This document shows, piece after piece, positions 15,900-23,596 of a DNA stretch of 64,000 nt (its first letter is position 1; every line of letters starts with the position of its first letter). The stretch spans positions 1 to 64,000 of the IMG/VR virus record IMGVR_UViG_3300045135_002615. One strand, written 5' to 3'. Both the position numbers and the translations under genes were made by a program. The notes under the pieces were generated by a model. It had not been told where the DNA came from. It saw only the letters and a program-made list of their open reading frames with translations, and did no database searches.

Positions 15900-16140
15900 G
15901 GGAGGTCTTATGAGGGTTAGTTCTATCGGGGTTAAGAGCCTCTATACGGCTCAGGGAAATAAGGCTTCTGAGTGGGGTGAGAGAGCCTGTTAAGGGGGTT
16001 AAGACCATTAAAGGGGGACTAGGGTTAAGACTACGCTAGACTTCTGAGGTGCCTCTTAGGGGAGTTAGTGGTCGGGTTTCTCCTAGAAAATATGGGACGT
16101 TTTAACTATGCGTTTTCGGGTGCTTACTGACGGGTCGGGC

Positions 16141-16168
16141 TTGTAAGACGTTTCAGAAGTGGTATAAT
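16141..16168 (+). promoter_or_regulatory. sigma70-like promoter
   Basis: TTGTAA - 16 nt - TATAAT upstream of the Dam-like gene. Confidence 0.5.
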
Positions 16169-16272
16169 TGTTATAATAGAGGCGTAAGTGCTCACTTATA
16201 CACCGTGACAATAGACCAAGAAAGACACATCTAGACTAATGATTGGGTCTAGAAGAAAGAGAAAAATATAGT

Positions 16273-17202
16273 ATGACTAAGGCAGTGAAAACCGCTAAGC
16301 GTGGCAGAGGAGTGTCCCCAATATATCTAGATGAAGACGACCAAGCGAATCAGTCAAATGTTATTCACCCACGAGGTCGCAGACGAAAGAAAATAGTCTT
16401 CGGATGGTATGGCGGAAAGTTCTCTCATCTTGATTGGTTATTGCCTTTGCTACCCGAGTGTCATCACTACTGCGAACCCTTCTCAGGATCTGGTGCCGTG
16501 CTTATCAATCGTGATGCCTCGCCCGTTGAGACTTACAACGACATAGATGGTGACGTGGTGAATTTCTTCCGTGTGCTTCGTGACTCTCATGAAGAGCTGA
16601 TTAGGGCAATTTCCTTGACGCCATTTTCACGCGAAGAATACCACCATGCGATCAGTGGCGACACAAGTGGTATCAGTGACGTGGAACGGGCAAGAAGGTT
16701 CTACATAAAGGCTCGCCAGACTCGCACAGGGCTTGCTCAGACCGCATCACTTGGTCGTTGGGCGAACTGCAAAAACACGAGCCGATCAGGGATGTCCGGT
16801 GTTGTCTCCCGATGGCTTGGTGGCGTGAATGCACTGGACGAGATCGCCGAGCGACTTATTCGGGTGCAAATCGAAAACAGACCCGCTGTTGATGTAATCC
16901 GTCTGTATGACAGCCCCAAGACGCTTTTCTATTGTGACCCGCCCTATCTCCACGCAACACGAGGTGACGCTAAGGCTTACGGGTTCGAGATGGACGAGAG
17001 TCAGCATCGGGAATTTGCCAAAGCGGTTAATGAGTGCAAAGGTATGGTAGCTGTGTCTGGGTATGACCACCCGCTGATGGACGATCTCTTCAAACCCGAA
17101 CATTGGTTCAAGACCCAAGGTCCTGACAAAACGATCCACTCGACCAAGGGTAAAAGGTCAGAAGTCCTTTGGACAAACTATGACCCCAAGTTAAAACCAT
17201 AG
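16273..17202 (+). CDS. Dam-like (D12-class) DNA adenine methyltransferase
   Basis: WYGGKFSHL, CEPFSGSGAV, YNDIDGDVVNFF, FYCDPPY, EVLWTNY; start uncertain (frame open from 16243). Confidence 0.9.
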   Translation: MTKAVKTAKRGRGVSPIYLDEDDQANQSNVIHPRGRRRKKIVFGWYGGKFSHLDWLLPLLPECHHYCEPFSGSGAVLINRDASPVETYNDIDGDVVNFFRVLRDSHEELIRAISLTPFSREEYHHAISGDTSGISDVERARRFYIKARQTRTGLAQTASLGRWANCKNTSRSGMSGVVSRWLGGVNALDEIAERLIRVQIENRPAVDVIRLYDSPKTLFYCDPPYLHATRGDAKAYGFEMDESQHREFAKAVNECKGMVAVSGYDHPLMDDLFKPEHWFKTQGPDKTIHSTKGKRSEVLWTNYDPKLKP

Positions 17203-17217
17203 TTTGAATGCTATTCA

Positions 17218-17652
17218 TTGTGTGGGGCTTTAGGTGAGAGCACTAATCTGATAGTGCCGAACTCACTTTATTGCCTTTTAAGTGTTTGCTGTAGTTTAAT
17301 GTGTGCCAAACAGGTCGGGCAATGGAGACTATGTGCCCTTGACCACCATACCCTTCTTGGTAGGCTATGGCGTGGTGCTCCTGCTAGAAATCGAGGCGAG
17401 GGGAGAGCTGATCCCAACAGATATGGGAAGATACTCTTTGATGACCATAGCTGGGTGTTGAAAGAGGTCGAAGGGGCTCGGAGGGCTCTTCGTAGATATG
17501 CGAAGCTCTATGACCTTGAGCTTACGGACTTCTTTAAACGTCTAGGGGGGAGAGGTACTACCTACCCTCGTGACTTGAATCTATCAGGTGGGATTCAGAG
17601 TCCTGTGTTCACTCTATACGACCCCAACTTCCAAGACGACTTGGGATATTAA
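17218..17652 (+). CDS. hypothetical protein, C-terminal part paralogous to 17709 ORF; start uncertain, possibly degraded
   Basis: WVLKEVEGARRALRRYAKLYDL vs WAVKEIRAARSVLRAYARRYKL; no clear RBS. Confidence 0.5.
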   Translation: MCGALGESTNLIVPNSLYCLLSVCCSLMCAKQVGQWRLCALDHHTLLGRLWRGAPARNRGEGRADPNRYGKILFDDHSWVLKEVEGARRALRRYAKLYDLELTDFFKRLGGRGTTYPRDLNLSGGIQSPVFTLYDPNFQDDLGY

Positions 17653-17708
17653 CTCCCCTGCGAACGTATTCATATAATATAGGGAACACACGTTATAAGG
17701 AGAAACAC

Positions 17709-18167
17709 ATGAACCAAGCAAAGCAGATTATTGAGAAATTCCGCAAGAGCTATAAGCCTATTGCACCACCCGAAGACAGCGTTCTTTACCCTCTCTATGA
17801 GAGGCTGACCTCAAGAGGTTGGGTTGTCTCTTATGAGGAGGTTGCTCAAGGTCTCGCGGTGAACCCTGTACTGAAGTACACCACTGATCAGATCTTGAGT
17901 GATCCGTACTTAAAGATTGATGAAGAAGGTGAGTTGCACTTTAAGTACCCCGTATGGGCGGTCAAGGAGATCAGAGCAGCCCGTAGCGTATTGAGAGCTT
18001 ACGCACGAAGGTACAAACTCGACTTCATTGATGACTTTGAGAACCTCCCCAATAACTTGGGCTTCAGCCGCACCCCAAGTATTGACAAGCCTGAGTTCTT
18101 CATCTCTATCCCTGATGATGGGAAGTCGGTTTGGAGACTTGAGAAGTATCTTAGGGAGAACACCTAA
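17709..18167 (+). CDS. hypothetical protein
   Basis: AAGGAG RBS, preceded by TATTCATATAAT motif. Confidence 0.8.
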   Translation: MNQAKQIIEKFRKSYKPIAPPEDSVLYPLYERLTSRGWVVSYEEVAQGLAVNPVLKYTTDQILSDPYLKIDEEGELHFKYPVWAVKEIRAARSVLRAYARRYKLDFIDDFENLPNNLGFSRTPSIDKPEFFISIPDDGKSVWRLEKYLRENT

Positions 18168-18183
18168 GATACTCACCCCCCCC

Positions 18184-18228
18184 AATCCATTGATGTAAGT
18201 ATCCAACAACAACTTACATCAATGGATT
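18184..18228. repeat. perfect 17-bp inverted repeat over the promoter/leader of the 18232 gene
   Basis: AATCCATTGATGTAAGT (18184-200) / ACTTACATCAATGGATT (18212-28), 11-nt loop. Confidence 0.85.
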
Positions 18229-18231
18229 TAT

Positions 18232-18888
18232 ATGTTTAATCTCTTTAACTACAGCAAGAGGGATCTCACCGCCGCCATTGCGGGGGTCAAAGCACTCACG
18301 GGTGCTAAGCTTCGTAATGCCCCACTAGGTGCGGTTGATCTCTCTTATGCAGATCTCTCTTATGCAGACCTAAGAGGAGCTGATCTCACAGGTGCGAACC
18401 TAACAGGTGCTAAGCTCACAATGGCTAGGCTCAAAGGAGCTGACCTCACGGGTGCTGACCTCACAGGGACTACTTTGAGTATGGTGAGAGCCCCTCAAGC
18501 GAACTTCACGGGGGCGTATGCTCCTTTGAGTGATCCTGCTCTCTTTAATGGTGCGGAGCTAACAGGAGCTATCTTTGAGAGGGCTCTTTTGGACTCATCA
18601 CTCTTTAAGAGTGCCATTCTAAAGGATGTAAACTTTACTGAAGCCTCTCTCATCGAGGCGAACTTCAAGAAGGCAGAGTGTAAGGGGACAGACTTTGTAT
18701 ACGCCAACATGGAGCGTGTGAAGTTTGACTCGGCAGAGCTGACAGATGTGAGCTTCATCTCTGCGAACTTGAGTTATGCCGACTTTGAGGATGCCACCTT
18801 GACAGAGGTGGACTTCAGAGAGGCTACGACAACTAGAATTCGATTATTAGACGCGGTTATGTCCCGCATTGAGACAGACGAGGCGTAA
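18232..18888 (+). CDS. pentapeptide repeat protein
   Basis: ADLSY/ADLRG/ANLTG/VNFTE/ADFED repeats. Confidence 0.9.
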   Translation: MFNLFNYSKRDLTAAIAGVKALTGAKLRNAPLGAVDLSYADLSYADLRGADLTGANLTGAKLTMARLKGADLTGADLTGTTLSMVRAPQANFTGAYAPLSDPALFNGAELTGAIFERALLDSSLFKSAILKDVNFTEASLIEANFKKAECKGTDFVYANMERVKFDSAELTDVSFISANLSYADFEDATLTEVDFREATTTRIRLLDAVMSRIETDEA

Positions 18889-18894
18889 ATCAAA

Positions 18895-19371
18895 ATGGAT
18901 AACAAGACAGATATGAACAAGACAGATATGAACAAGACAGATGCGAACAAGACAGATATGGCGTTAGCCTTCGTGAGCGGGGGGTGGACATGGTTGAAGG
19001 ATTCTACCTCCTCTCTACTAGGCTTCTTGTGGATGATCCTTAAAGAGATCGGCACACTGAAGATCTTCAAGTGGCTCTTGATGGGCGTGGTCGCCTTGAT
19101 CATCGCATGGGCAGGTTGGAAGTACTACTCAGTCGAGACCTATGCCGTGTGCATTAAAATGGACGACAAGGGTAAGACCCAAGACATGACTAAGCCCATG
19201 AAGCTCAAGTCAAAAGCTCACGAGAAGATCGCGGCACAACTCACCGCTCAAGATTGGGTGTGTGAGGAGTACAAGGTGGACATGGAGATGATTGATCTAT
19301 TGAACACCATGTACATCAGTCACACGGAGATCATGCGAAGCAAGCTAGGTTCAGAGTCAACCACCCCTTAA
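18895..19371 (+). CDS. hypothetical membrane protein with NKTD(M/A) x4 repeat
   Basis: 15-nt tandem repeat 18901-18960; hydrophobic segment WLLMGVVALIIAWAGW. Confidence 0.75.
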   Translation: MDNKTDMNKTDMNKTDANKTDMALAFVSGGWTWLKDSTSSLLGFLWMILKEIGTLKIFKWLLMGVVALIIAWAGWKYYSVETYAVCIKMDDKGKTQDMTKPMKLKSKAHEKIAAQLTAQDWVCEEYKVDMEMIDLLNTMYISHTEIMRSKLGSESTTP

Positions 19372-19374
19372 ATT

Positions 19375-19427
19375 AAAAAAGAGCCCCTCTCTAGTAAACT
19401 GAACGACTAGAGAGGGGCTCTTTTTTT
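19375..19427 (+). terminator. intrinsic terminator
   Basis: GAGCCCCTCTCTAGT/ACTAGAGAGGGGCTC 15-bp stem flanked by A- and T-runs. Confidence 0.88.
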
Positions 19428-19495
19428 GTTGGGGGGGTTTGAGTGTTAGATCTTTTATAGTATGATATACAGGACACCTATACGGGAGGGCAACT

Positions 19496-19933
19496 ATGGA
19501 TAAGATAGCTCAATTAGAAGCACGCCTAGCACAACTTGAAAAGCAATCAGGACTCTTTGACTTCTTTAAGAAGAAGAAGACCCCAAGTATGAGTTCAACG
19601 GCATACATAGCTACTGAGATACTAGAGGCGTGTTTGGTTGATTTAAAAAAGAACAGGCTGGTTTTGGATTCGGAAAGAGTGACTGTAGAGGAAGACCTTG
19701 TCGTTTCCTCTATAGTCTCTACGAGTGTTGCAGTCATCGAGGACTCATATCTCAAAAAGACCGAGTACTATGATCTCATCTGTTATGTTAAAGAGGTCTC
19801 TCAGATAGAAGATCAATTCATAGTAACCATCGAGCTTGACCATGAGACTTTATATAAGGGGGTCTATAATCTCCGAGACCGCATGGTGAGTATCTCTAAG
19901 ATGGTACTTAGGGAGTTTGCTTCCCGCGTCTAA
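19496..19933 (+). CDS. hypothetical protein (KIAQLEARLAQLEKQSG N-terminus)
   Basis: GGGAGG RBS; CTTTTATAG motif upstream; N-terminus similar to 5004 ORF. Confidence 0.8.
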   Translation: MDKIAQLEARLAQLEKQSGLFDFFKKKKTPSMSSTAYIATEILEACLVDLKKNRLVLDSERVTVEEDLVVSSIVSTSVAVIEDSYLKKTEYYDLICYVKEVSQIEDQFIVTIELDHETLYKGVYNLRDRMVSISKMVLREFASRV

Positions 19934-20049
19934 AAAAATTTGAAGCCGGGGTGAGATGGTTGGTATAAGGGTGTTGCTCTTTGAAAAAACAGGTACTACA
20001 CATCATTAATCTTATAAGGCTCTTACCACTCAACATGGAAGGAGCACTT

Positions 20050-20283
20050 ATGATGCAACAATGGTGGATTTTCAATATTTCGGATGGTGAGGTGAACCGG
20101 ATGGCGTTTGAGGAGCTTCCTCCTCGCCCATCAGACGCTCGTGAGCCTGAGAATGGCGACCCTTACACCCCTTGGTATGAGCTCTTAGAGCATTGGGATG
20201 ACGAGCATATCCACATCAAGGCAGAGAGCTTAGAAATCGCAGAGATCAAAGCGAAGAACATCTTAGCTTTGAGAAAAGCGTGA
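20050..20283 (+). CDS. hypothetical protein
   Basis: GGAG RBS before ATG 20050 (frame open from 19981). Confidence 0.7.
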   Translation: MMQQWWIFNISDGEVNRMAFEELPPRPSDAREPENGDPYTPWYELLEHWDDEHIHIKAESLEIAEIKAKNILALRKA

Positions 20284-20326
20284 TAAGCGTATTGCTCTCC
20301 GATCCCGTGTCAAACGGGAAACTTAT

Positions 20327-20377
20327 GTAGAGGTGTAGGTGGCTACACTCTGAGGGGTTCGACTCCCAACTTCTACG
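20327..20377 (+). ncRNA. tRNA-like minigene 1 (acceptor stem + one hairpin + degenerate T-arm)
   Basis: GTAGAGG/CTTCTAC 7-bp stem, TGTAG-GTGG-CTACA hairpin, GGG-TTCGACT-CCC T-loop; no anticodon arm. Confidence 0.4.
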
Positions 20378-20405
20378 ACACACACACACACAAGGAGACA
20401 TTGAT

Positions 20406-20612
20406 ATGTCAGAGAAGAGCAGTAAGAATGGCTACGAGATTCGAGAGAATCTCCTCCACATGGCAGTTGGTATTCTTTCAGATCGTGACAACAAGGATCG
20501 TGAGAACGAGTATCTCAAGCCTGAAGGTCAACGTAAACCCATCAAAGGGTATGATCTTGAAGAGGTGCTTGCTACTGCGGAGAAGCTCTATAGCTTTGTA
20601 GGCAAGAAGTAA
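20406..20612 (+). CDS. small phage hypothetical protein (YEIR...A.KLY.FV type)
   Basis: AAGGAG RBS after a CA-repeat leader; pattern recalled from other phage small proteins, not searched. Confidence 0.8.
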   Translation: MSEKSSKNGYEIRENLLHMAVGILSDRDNKDRENEYLKPEGQRKPIKGYDLEEVLATAEKLYSFVGKK

Positions 20613-20639
20613 GTCATTCTTGAGGGCTGAACCCCTCAC

Positions 20640-20712
20640 GCGACTATAGCTCAGTTGGTAGAGCATCGGTCTTACACACCGATGGTCACAGGTTCAAGTC
20701 CTGTTGGTCGCA
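20640..20712 (+). tRNA. tRNA-Val(UAC)
   Basis: GCGACTA/TGGTCGC acceptor; TCGGT-CTTACAC-ACCGA anticodon arm; ACAGG-TTCAAGT-CCTGT. Confidence 0.95.
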
Positions 20713-20743
20713 CTAGCCCTGCCCGTTAAAGGTGTTTCTCCTC

Positions 20744-20777
20744 CTCGTTGTTCCGTGAGGAGGGCTAAAACGGAACC
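20744..20777 (+). repeat. conserved pre-tRNA spacer hairpin, copy 1
   Basis: CTCGTTGTTCCGTGAGGAGGGCTAAAACGGAACC; 32/34 identical to 21376-21409. Confidence 0.85.
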
Positions 20778-20782
20778 TCTAT

Positions 20783-20856
20783 GCCTACTTAGCTCAGTTG
20801 GTTAGAGCAACGGACTGTTAATCCGTAGGTCCAAGGTTCAAGTCCTTGAGTGGGCG
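20783..20856 (+). tRNA. tRNA-Asn(GUU)
   Basis: GCCTACT/AGTGGGC; ACGGA-CTGTTAA-TCCGT; CAAGG-TTCAAGT-CCTTG. Confidence 0.95.
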
Positions 20857-20944
20857 GTCCCTTCCCCTTTGGTGCAGAGGGGTGTCAACACTTTATCATG
20901 TAGTGTGGGGAAGAACATGAGACGCCTGTAAAAACAGCCTTGTA

Positions 20945-20969
20945 CTCCGTGAGGCGGGCATCAACGGAG
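20945..20969 (+). repeat. conserved spacer hairpin, divergent copy 3
   Basis: CTCCGT-GAGGCGGGCATCA-ACGGAG: same stem and GAGG.GGGC loop with compensatory stem change. Confidence 0.6.
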
Positions 20970-20975
20970 GTTTAT

Positions 20976-21025
20976 GTGGTCAGCCATATGGGGCTGCTTA
21001 ACAGGTTCGATTCCTGTAGATCGCA
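20976..21025 (+). ncRNA. tRNA-like minigene 2 (acceptor-like stem + one hairpin + perfect T-arm)
   Basis: GTGGTC/GATCGC stem, CAGCC-ATATGG-GGCTG hairpin, ACAGG-TTCGATT-CCTGT; 3' trailer TCGCACTAGCC same as after tRNA-Val. Confidence 0.5.
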
Positions 21026-21103
21026 CTAGCCGCAGAAAGTTTGGTAAAAGCCAAGAGATTAAGCTCCTCAAAAACTTTAACCCCTTATTTGAAGCGGCTT
21101 TCA

Positions 21104-21185
21104 CGGGATGTGGCGGAATTGGTAGACGCACTGGATTTAGGTTCCAGCGTTGTAAGACGTGGGGGTTCGACTCCCCCCATCCCGA
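21104..21185 (+). tRNA. tRNA-Leu(UAG)
   Basis: CGGGATG/CATCCCG; CTGGA-TTTAGGT-TCCAG; long variable arm; GGGGG-TTCGACT-CCCCC. Confidence 0.95.
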
Positions 21186-21189
21186 CTAA

Positions 21190-21221
21190 GGGCAGGTTTT
21201 TTTAACCTGCCCGTTTTTTTT
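21190..21221 (+). terminator. intrinsic terminator
   Basis: GGGCAGGTT/AACCTGCCC stem + T8. Confidence 0.75.
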
Positions 21222-21270
21222 ATGTTTGCCTTGTATAATGCTCTGTGAGCTGATATAGGTTAGCTCGTTT

Positions 21271-21343
21271 GCTGGTGTAGCTCAATTGGTAGAGCACCTG
21301 TCTTGTAAACAGGGGGTTGGGGGTTCAAGTCCCTCCTCCAGCA
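21271..21343 (+). tRNA. tRNA-Thr(UGU)
   Basis: GCTGGTG/CTCCAGC (one T-T mismatch); CCTGT-CTTGTAA-ACAGG; TTCAAGT T-loop. Confidence 0.92.
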
Positions 21344-21375
21344 TTAGCCTCTTCCCTTTAAGGGTGATTCTCAAC

Positions 21376-21409
21376 CTCGTTGTTCCGTGAGGTGGGCTAG
21401 AACGGAACC
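21376..21409 (+). repeat. conserved pre-tRNA spacer hairpin, copy 2
   Basis: CTCGTTGTTCCGTGAGGTGGGCTAGAACGGAACC. Confidence 0.85.
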
Positions 21410-21411
21410 AT

Positions 21412-21484
21412 GCAAGAATAACTCAATTGGTAGAGTATCTGCCTTCCAAGCAGAATGTTGCGGGTTCGAGTCCCGTTTCTTGCT
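21412..21484 (+). tRNA. tRNA-Gly(UCC)
   Basis: GCAAGAA/TTCTTGC; TCTGC-CTTCCAA-GCAGA; GCGGG-TTCGAGT-CCCGT. Confidence 0.95.
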
Positions 21485-21651
21485 CTCTCTCCTTTTGGAG
21501 GGGATAAGGGAAGCCCTTTCTCTGTGGGGTCAATCACAGAGAGTTTTGTTCTAGAGGGGTCTAAAGCCTTGACAGAACACTGACTACACTAAATAACATC
21601 CTAACTCACGATTTGAGCGTTGTCCGTTGGGCATATAGTGTAGTCATTTAT

Positions 21652-21734
21652 GGGTAGGTGGCCGAGTGGTTAAAGGCATCAGGCTGTAAACCTGACCTCG
21701 ATAGAGTACGGGGGTTCAAATCCCTCCCTGCCCA
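21652..21734 (+). tRNA. tRNA-Tyr(GUA)
   Basis: GGGTAGG/CCTGCCC; TCAGG-CTGTAAA-CCTGA; long variable arm; TTCAAAT T-loop. Confidence 0.95.
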
Positions 21735-21737
21735 TAT

Positions 21738-21773
21738 AGGGGAGCTGACTTAGGTCGGCTCCCCTTTTTTTTT
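21738..21773 (+). terminator. intrinsic terminator ending the tRNA cluster
   Basis: AGGGGAGCTGAC/GTCGGCTCCCCT stem + T-run. Confidence 0.85.
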
Positions 21774-21819
21774 GTTTATTACCCACTCGGAGTATGTCGT
21801 TTCAAGTGAGGTATGACAC

Positions 21820-22539
21820 ATGAGTAAGTTCCAAGTAGACCCTAACATTGAGGGCTATGTCCCTAATATCAGTGCTGTAGTTTCGTTAAAGAAGAGAAAC
21901 CCTGAGAAGGCAATTCATGCTGCGGGGCAGATGCTCTTATTTTTATCCGATTGGTCAGAGAAGTACCCAGAGGAGCTCACCACAGAATTCTTATTTGGGT
22001 CGATTGATGACATAAAGGAGCTCTTGAGGGTGATCGGTCAAGAAGGGTCTATGTATAGTTTTGGGCAGGTATTATTGACCCGTATGGTTTCTCTTTGTAA
22101 GCAAACCAAGAAGTCCGAAGAGTTGGTTAAGAGGGTCATGAAGAAGATAGATAAGTGGTTTTCTAAGGTCAACAATAATAGGACAAGGCTATCTAGCTAC
22201 GATAAGGTTAGTCAAGACATAAAAATCACAATGAAGAAAGTTCGCCAATCCCGTATTATGACTCACTCGGACAAGGTTCGTTTGAGAGGTCGTCTTACTA
22301 AGCTTGGAGAATTGTTGGCTGAAAAAAAAGCCTTGAAGGTAGATAAGCAAATGAGGAAGGGTCGTATTCTTCTCAAAGAGATAGACCGAGCCCTCGACCT
22401 TGCGGAGATTGAGGATATAGATGATCAAAACATTCAAGCGATTAAGAAGATGTTTGATGAGGTGCAACTCTCATATGTATCTCATCTCTTAGAAGATGAG
22501 ATAGACGAGGTATATAAGAGATTGAGTCCCTATCTATAA
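21820..22539 (+). CDS. hypothetical helical protein
   Basis: 239 aa, GAGGT RBS. Confidence 0.8.
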   Translation: MSKFQVDPNIEGYVPNISAVVSLKKRNPEKAIHAAGQMLLFLSDWSEKYPEELTTEFLFGSIDDIKELLRVIGQEGSMYSFGQVLLTRMVSLCKQTKKSEELVKRVMKKIDKWFSKVNNNRTRLSSYDKVSQDIKITMKKVRQSRIMTHSDKVRLRGRLTKLGELLAEKKALKVDKQMRKGRILLKEIDRALDLAEIEDIDDQNIQAIKKMFDEVQLSYVSHLLEDEIDEVYKRLSPYL

Positions 22540-22605
22540 GAGCCTTTAATGTCTGCTTAAGTTATTGTATAATCTGTCAGATACTCAATGACATAAGGAA
22601 GACCA

Positions 22606-23283
22606 ATGACTCGGCTAGTATGTATCTCAGACACGCACACTCACCACTCTAAGTTGGTCTTACCTGATGGGGACATCTTAGTTCACTCAGGTGACTTCTC
22701 AAAGACAGGTCGTGTGAGAGAGATGATCCCCTTCTTCAAGTGGTTTGCTTCACAGCCCCATAAGCATAAGGTGCTTGTAGCGGGGAACCATGATTTGACC
22801 CTTGATGAAGATCACTATAAATATGAATGGAGAAGGTGGCATCCTGTACCTGAAGACGATGTCTCTATTCGTGCATATTTAGCGAGGGAAGAAGGGATCA
22901 CTTACCTGTTGGATAGGGAAGTGAACCTTGATGGTGTGCGTATTTATGGTAGTCCCTGGCAACCTGCTTTTGGCGGGTGGGGTTTCAACCTTGAGAGGGG
23001 TTCAAACGAGCTGAAGAGGGTATGGGCTAACATCCCTGAAGGTCTAGATGTGTTGGTCACGCACGGACCTCCGTATGGTATCCGAGATCAGTTAGATACG
23101 GGTGAGGCTGTAGGGTGTGAAGACTTGTTGGAGGCTGTAAAGAGAACGGCACCTAGAGTCCATGTTTTTGGGCATATTCATGAGGGGTACGGGATCACAG
23201 AGGGGGAGACAACCTTCATTAATGCGGCGAGCTGTAATGGTTGCTATCGCTTAGCGAACGCCCCATTGGTGTATGACTTATAG
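22606..23283 (+). CDS. calcineurin-like metallophosphoesterase (MPPED/239FB-like)
   Basis: SDTH, HSGDF, AGNHD, THGPP, GHIHE motifs. Confidence 0.93.
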   Translation: MTRLVCISDTHTHHSKLVLPDGDILVHSGDFSKTGRVREMIPFFKWFASQPHKHKVLVAGNHDLTLDEDHYKYEWRRWHPVPEDDVSIRAYLAREEGITYLLDREVNLDGVRIYGSPWQPAFGGWGFNLERGSNELKRVWANIPEGLDVLVTHGPPYGIRDQLDTGEAVGCEDLLEAVKRTAPRVHVFGHIHEGYGITEGETTFINAASCNGCYRLANAPLVYDL

Positions 23284-23317
23284 TGGTACTCTATGACCCA
23301 CACTATGAAGGAGTCAT

Positions 23318-23596
23318 ATGAAGAGCCTAGAAGAGATCGCAAGAGAAGTAGCCCTGCTAGTTGAGGACAAGCAAGCTCAATATGGAGATGCCTTTGGCAA
23401 GTCCGAGCAGATACTCAAGGTGCTGTACCCTAATGGAGTAAAGCCAGAGGACTATCAAAACCTTCTCACGATCACCCGTATTGTAGACAAGCTGTTTCGT
23501 CTAGCTACGAACAATGGCAATGACAGAGAAGACCCATGGAGAGACATCTGTGGGTATTCCCTGTTATCTTTAAGGAGCAAGGAAGATGAGCACTAA
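23318..23596 (+). CDS. Nmad1/DUF1599-like (nucleotide-modification-associated) domain protein
   Basis: K...YGDAF...RIVDKLFRL...EDPWRDICGYSLL pattern. Confidence 0.65.
   Translation: MKSLEEIAREVALLVEDKQAQYGDAFGKSEQILKVLYPNGVKPEDYQNLLTITRIVDKLFRLATNNGNDREDPWRDICGYSLLSLRSKEDEH

Noticed and set aside
15910-15993. 27-aa ORF after the RM gene with a GGAGGT RBS
   Set aside because: Too short, with no motif to support it
4000-19500. Integron
   Set aside because: Units are hairpin-bounded, but the hairpins are poly-A/T-flanked terminators without attC R/L boxes and no integrase is present; the cassette-like idea is kept only as a tentative finding
20974-21189. 71-aa ORF
   Set aside because: Overlaps tRNA-Leu and the tRNA-like minigene; the non-coding reading is much better supported
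20640-21734. Suppressor tRNA or stop-codon reassignment
   Set aside because: All six anticodons are sense (Leu is UAG anticodon, reading CUA); long ORFs are intact under the standard code
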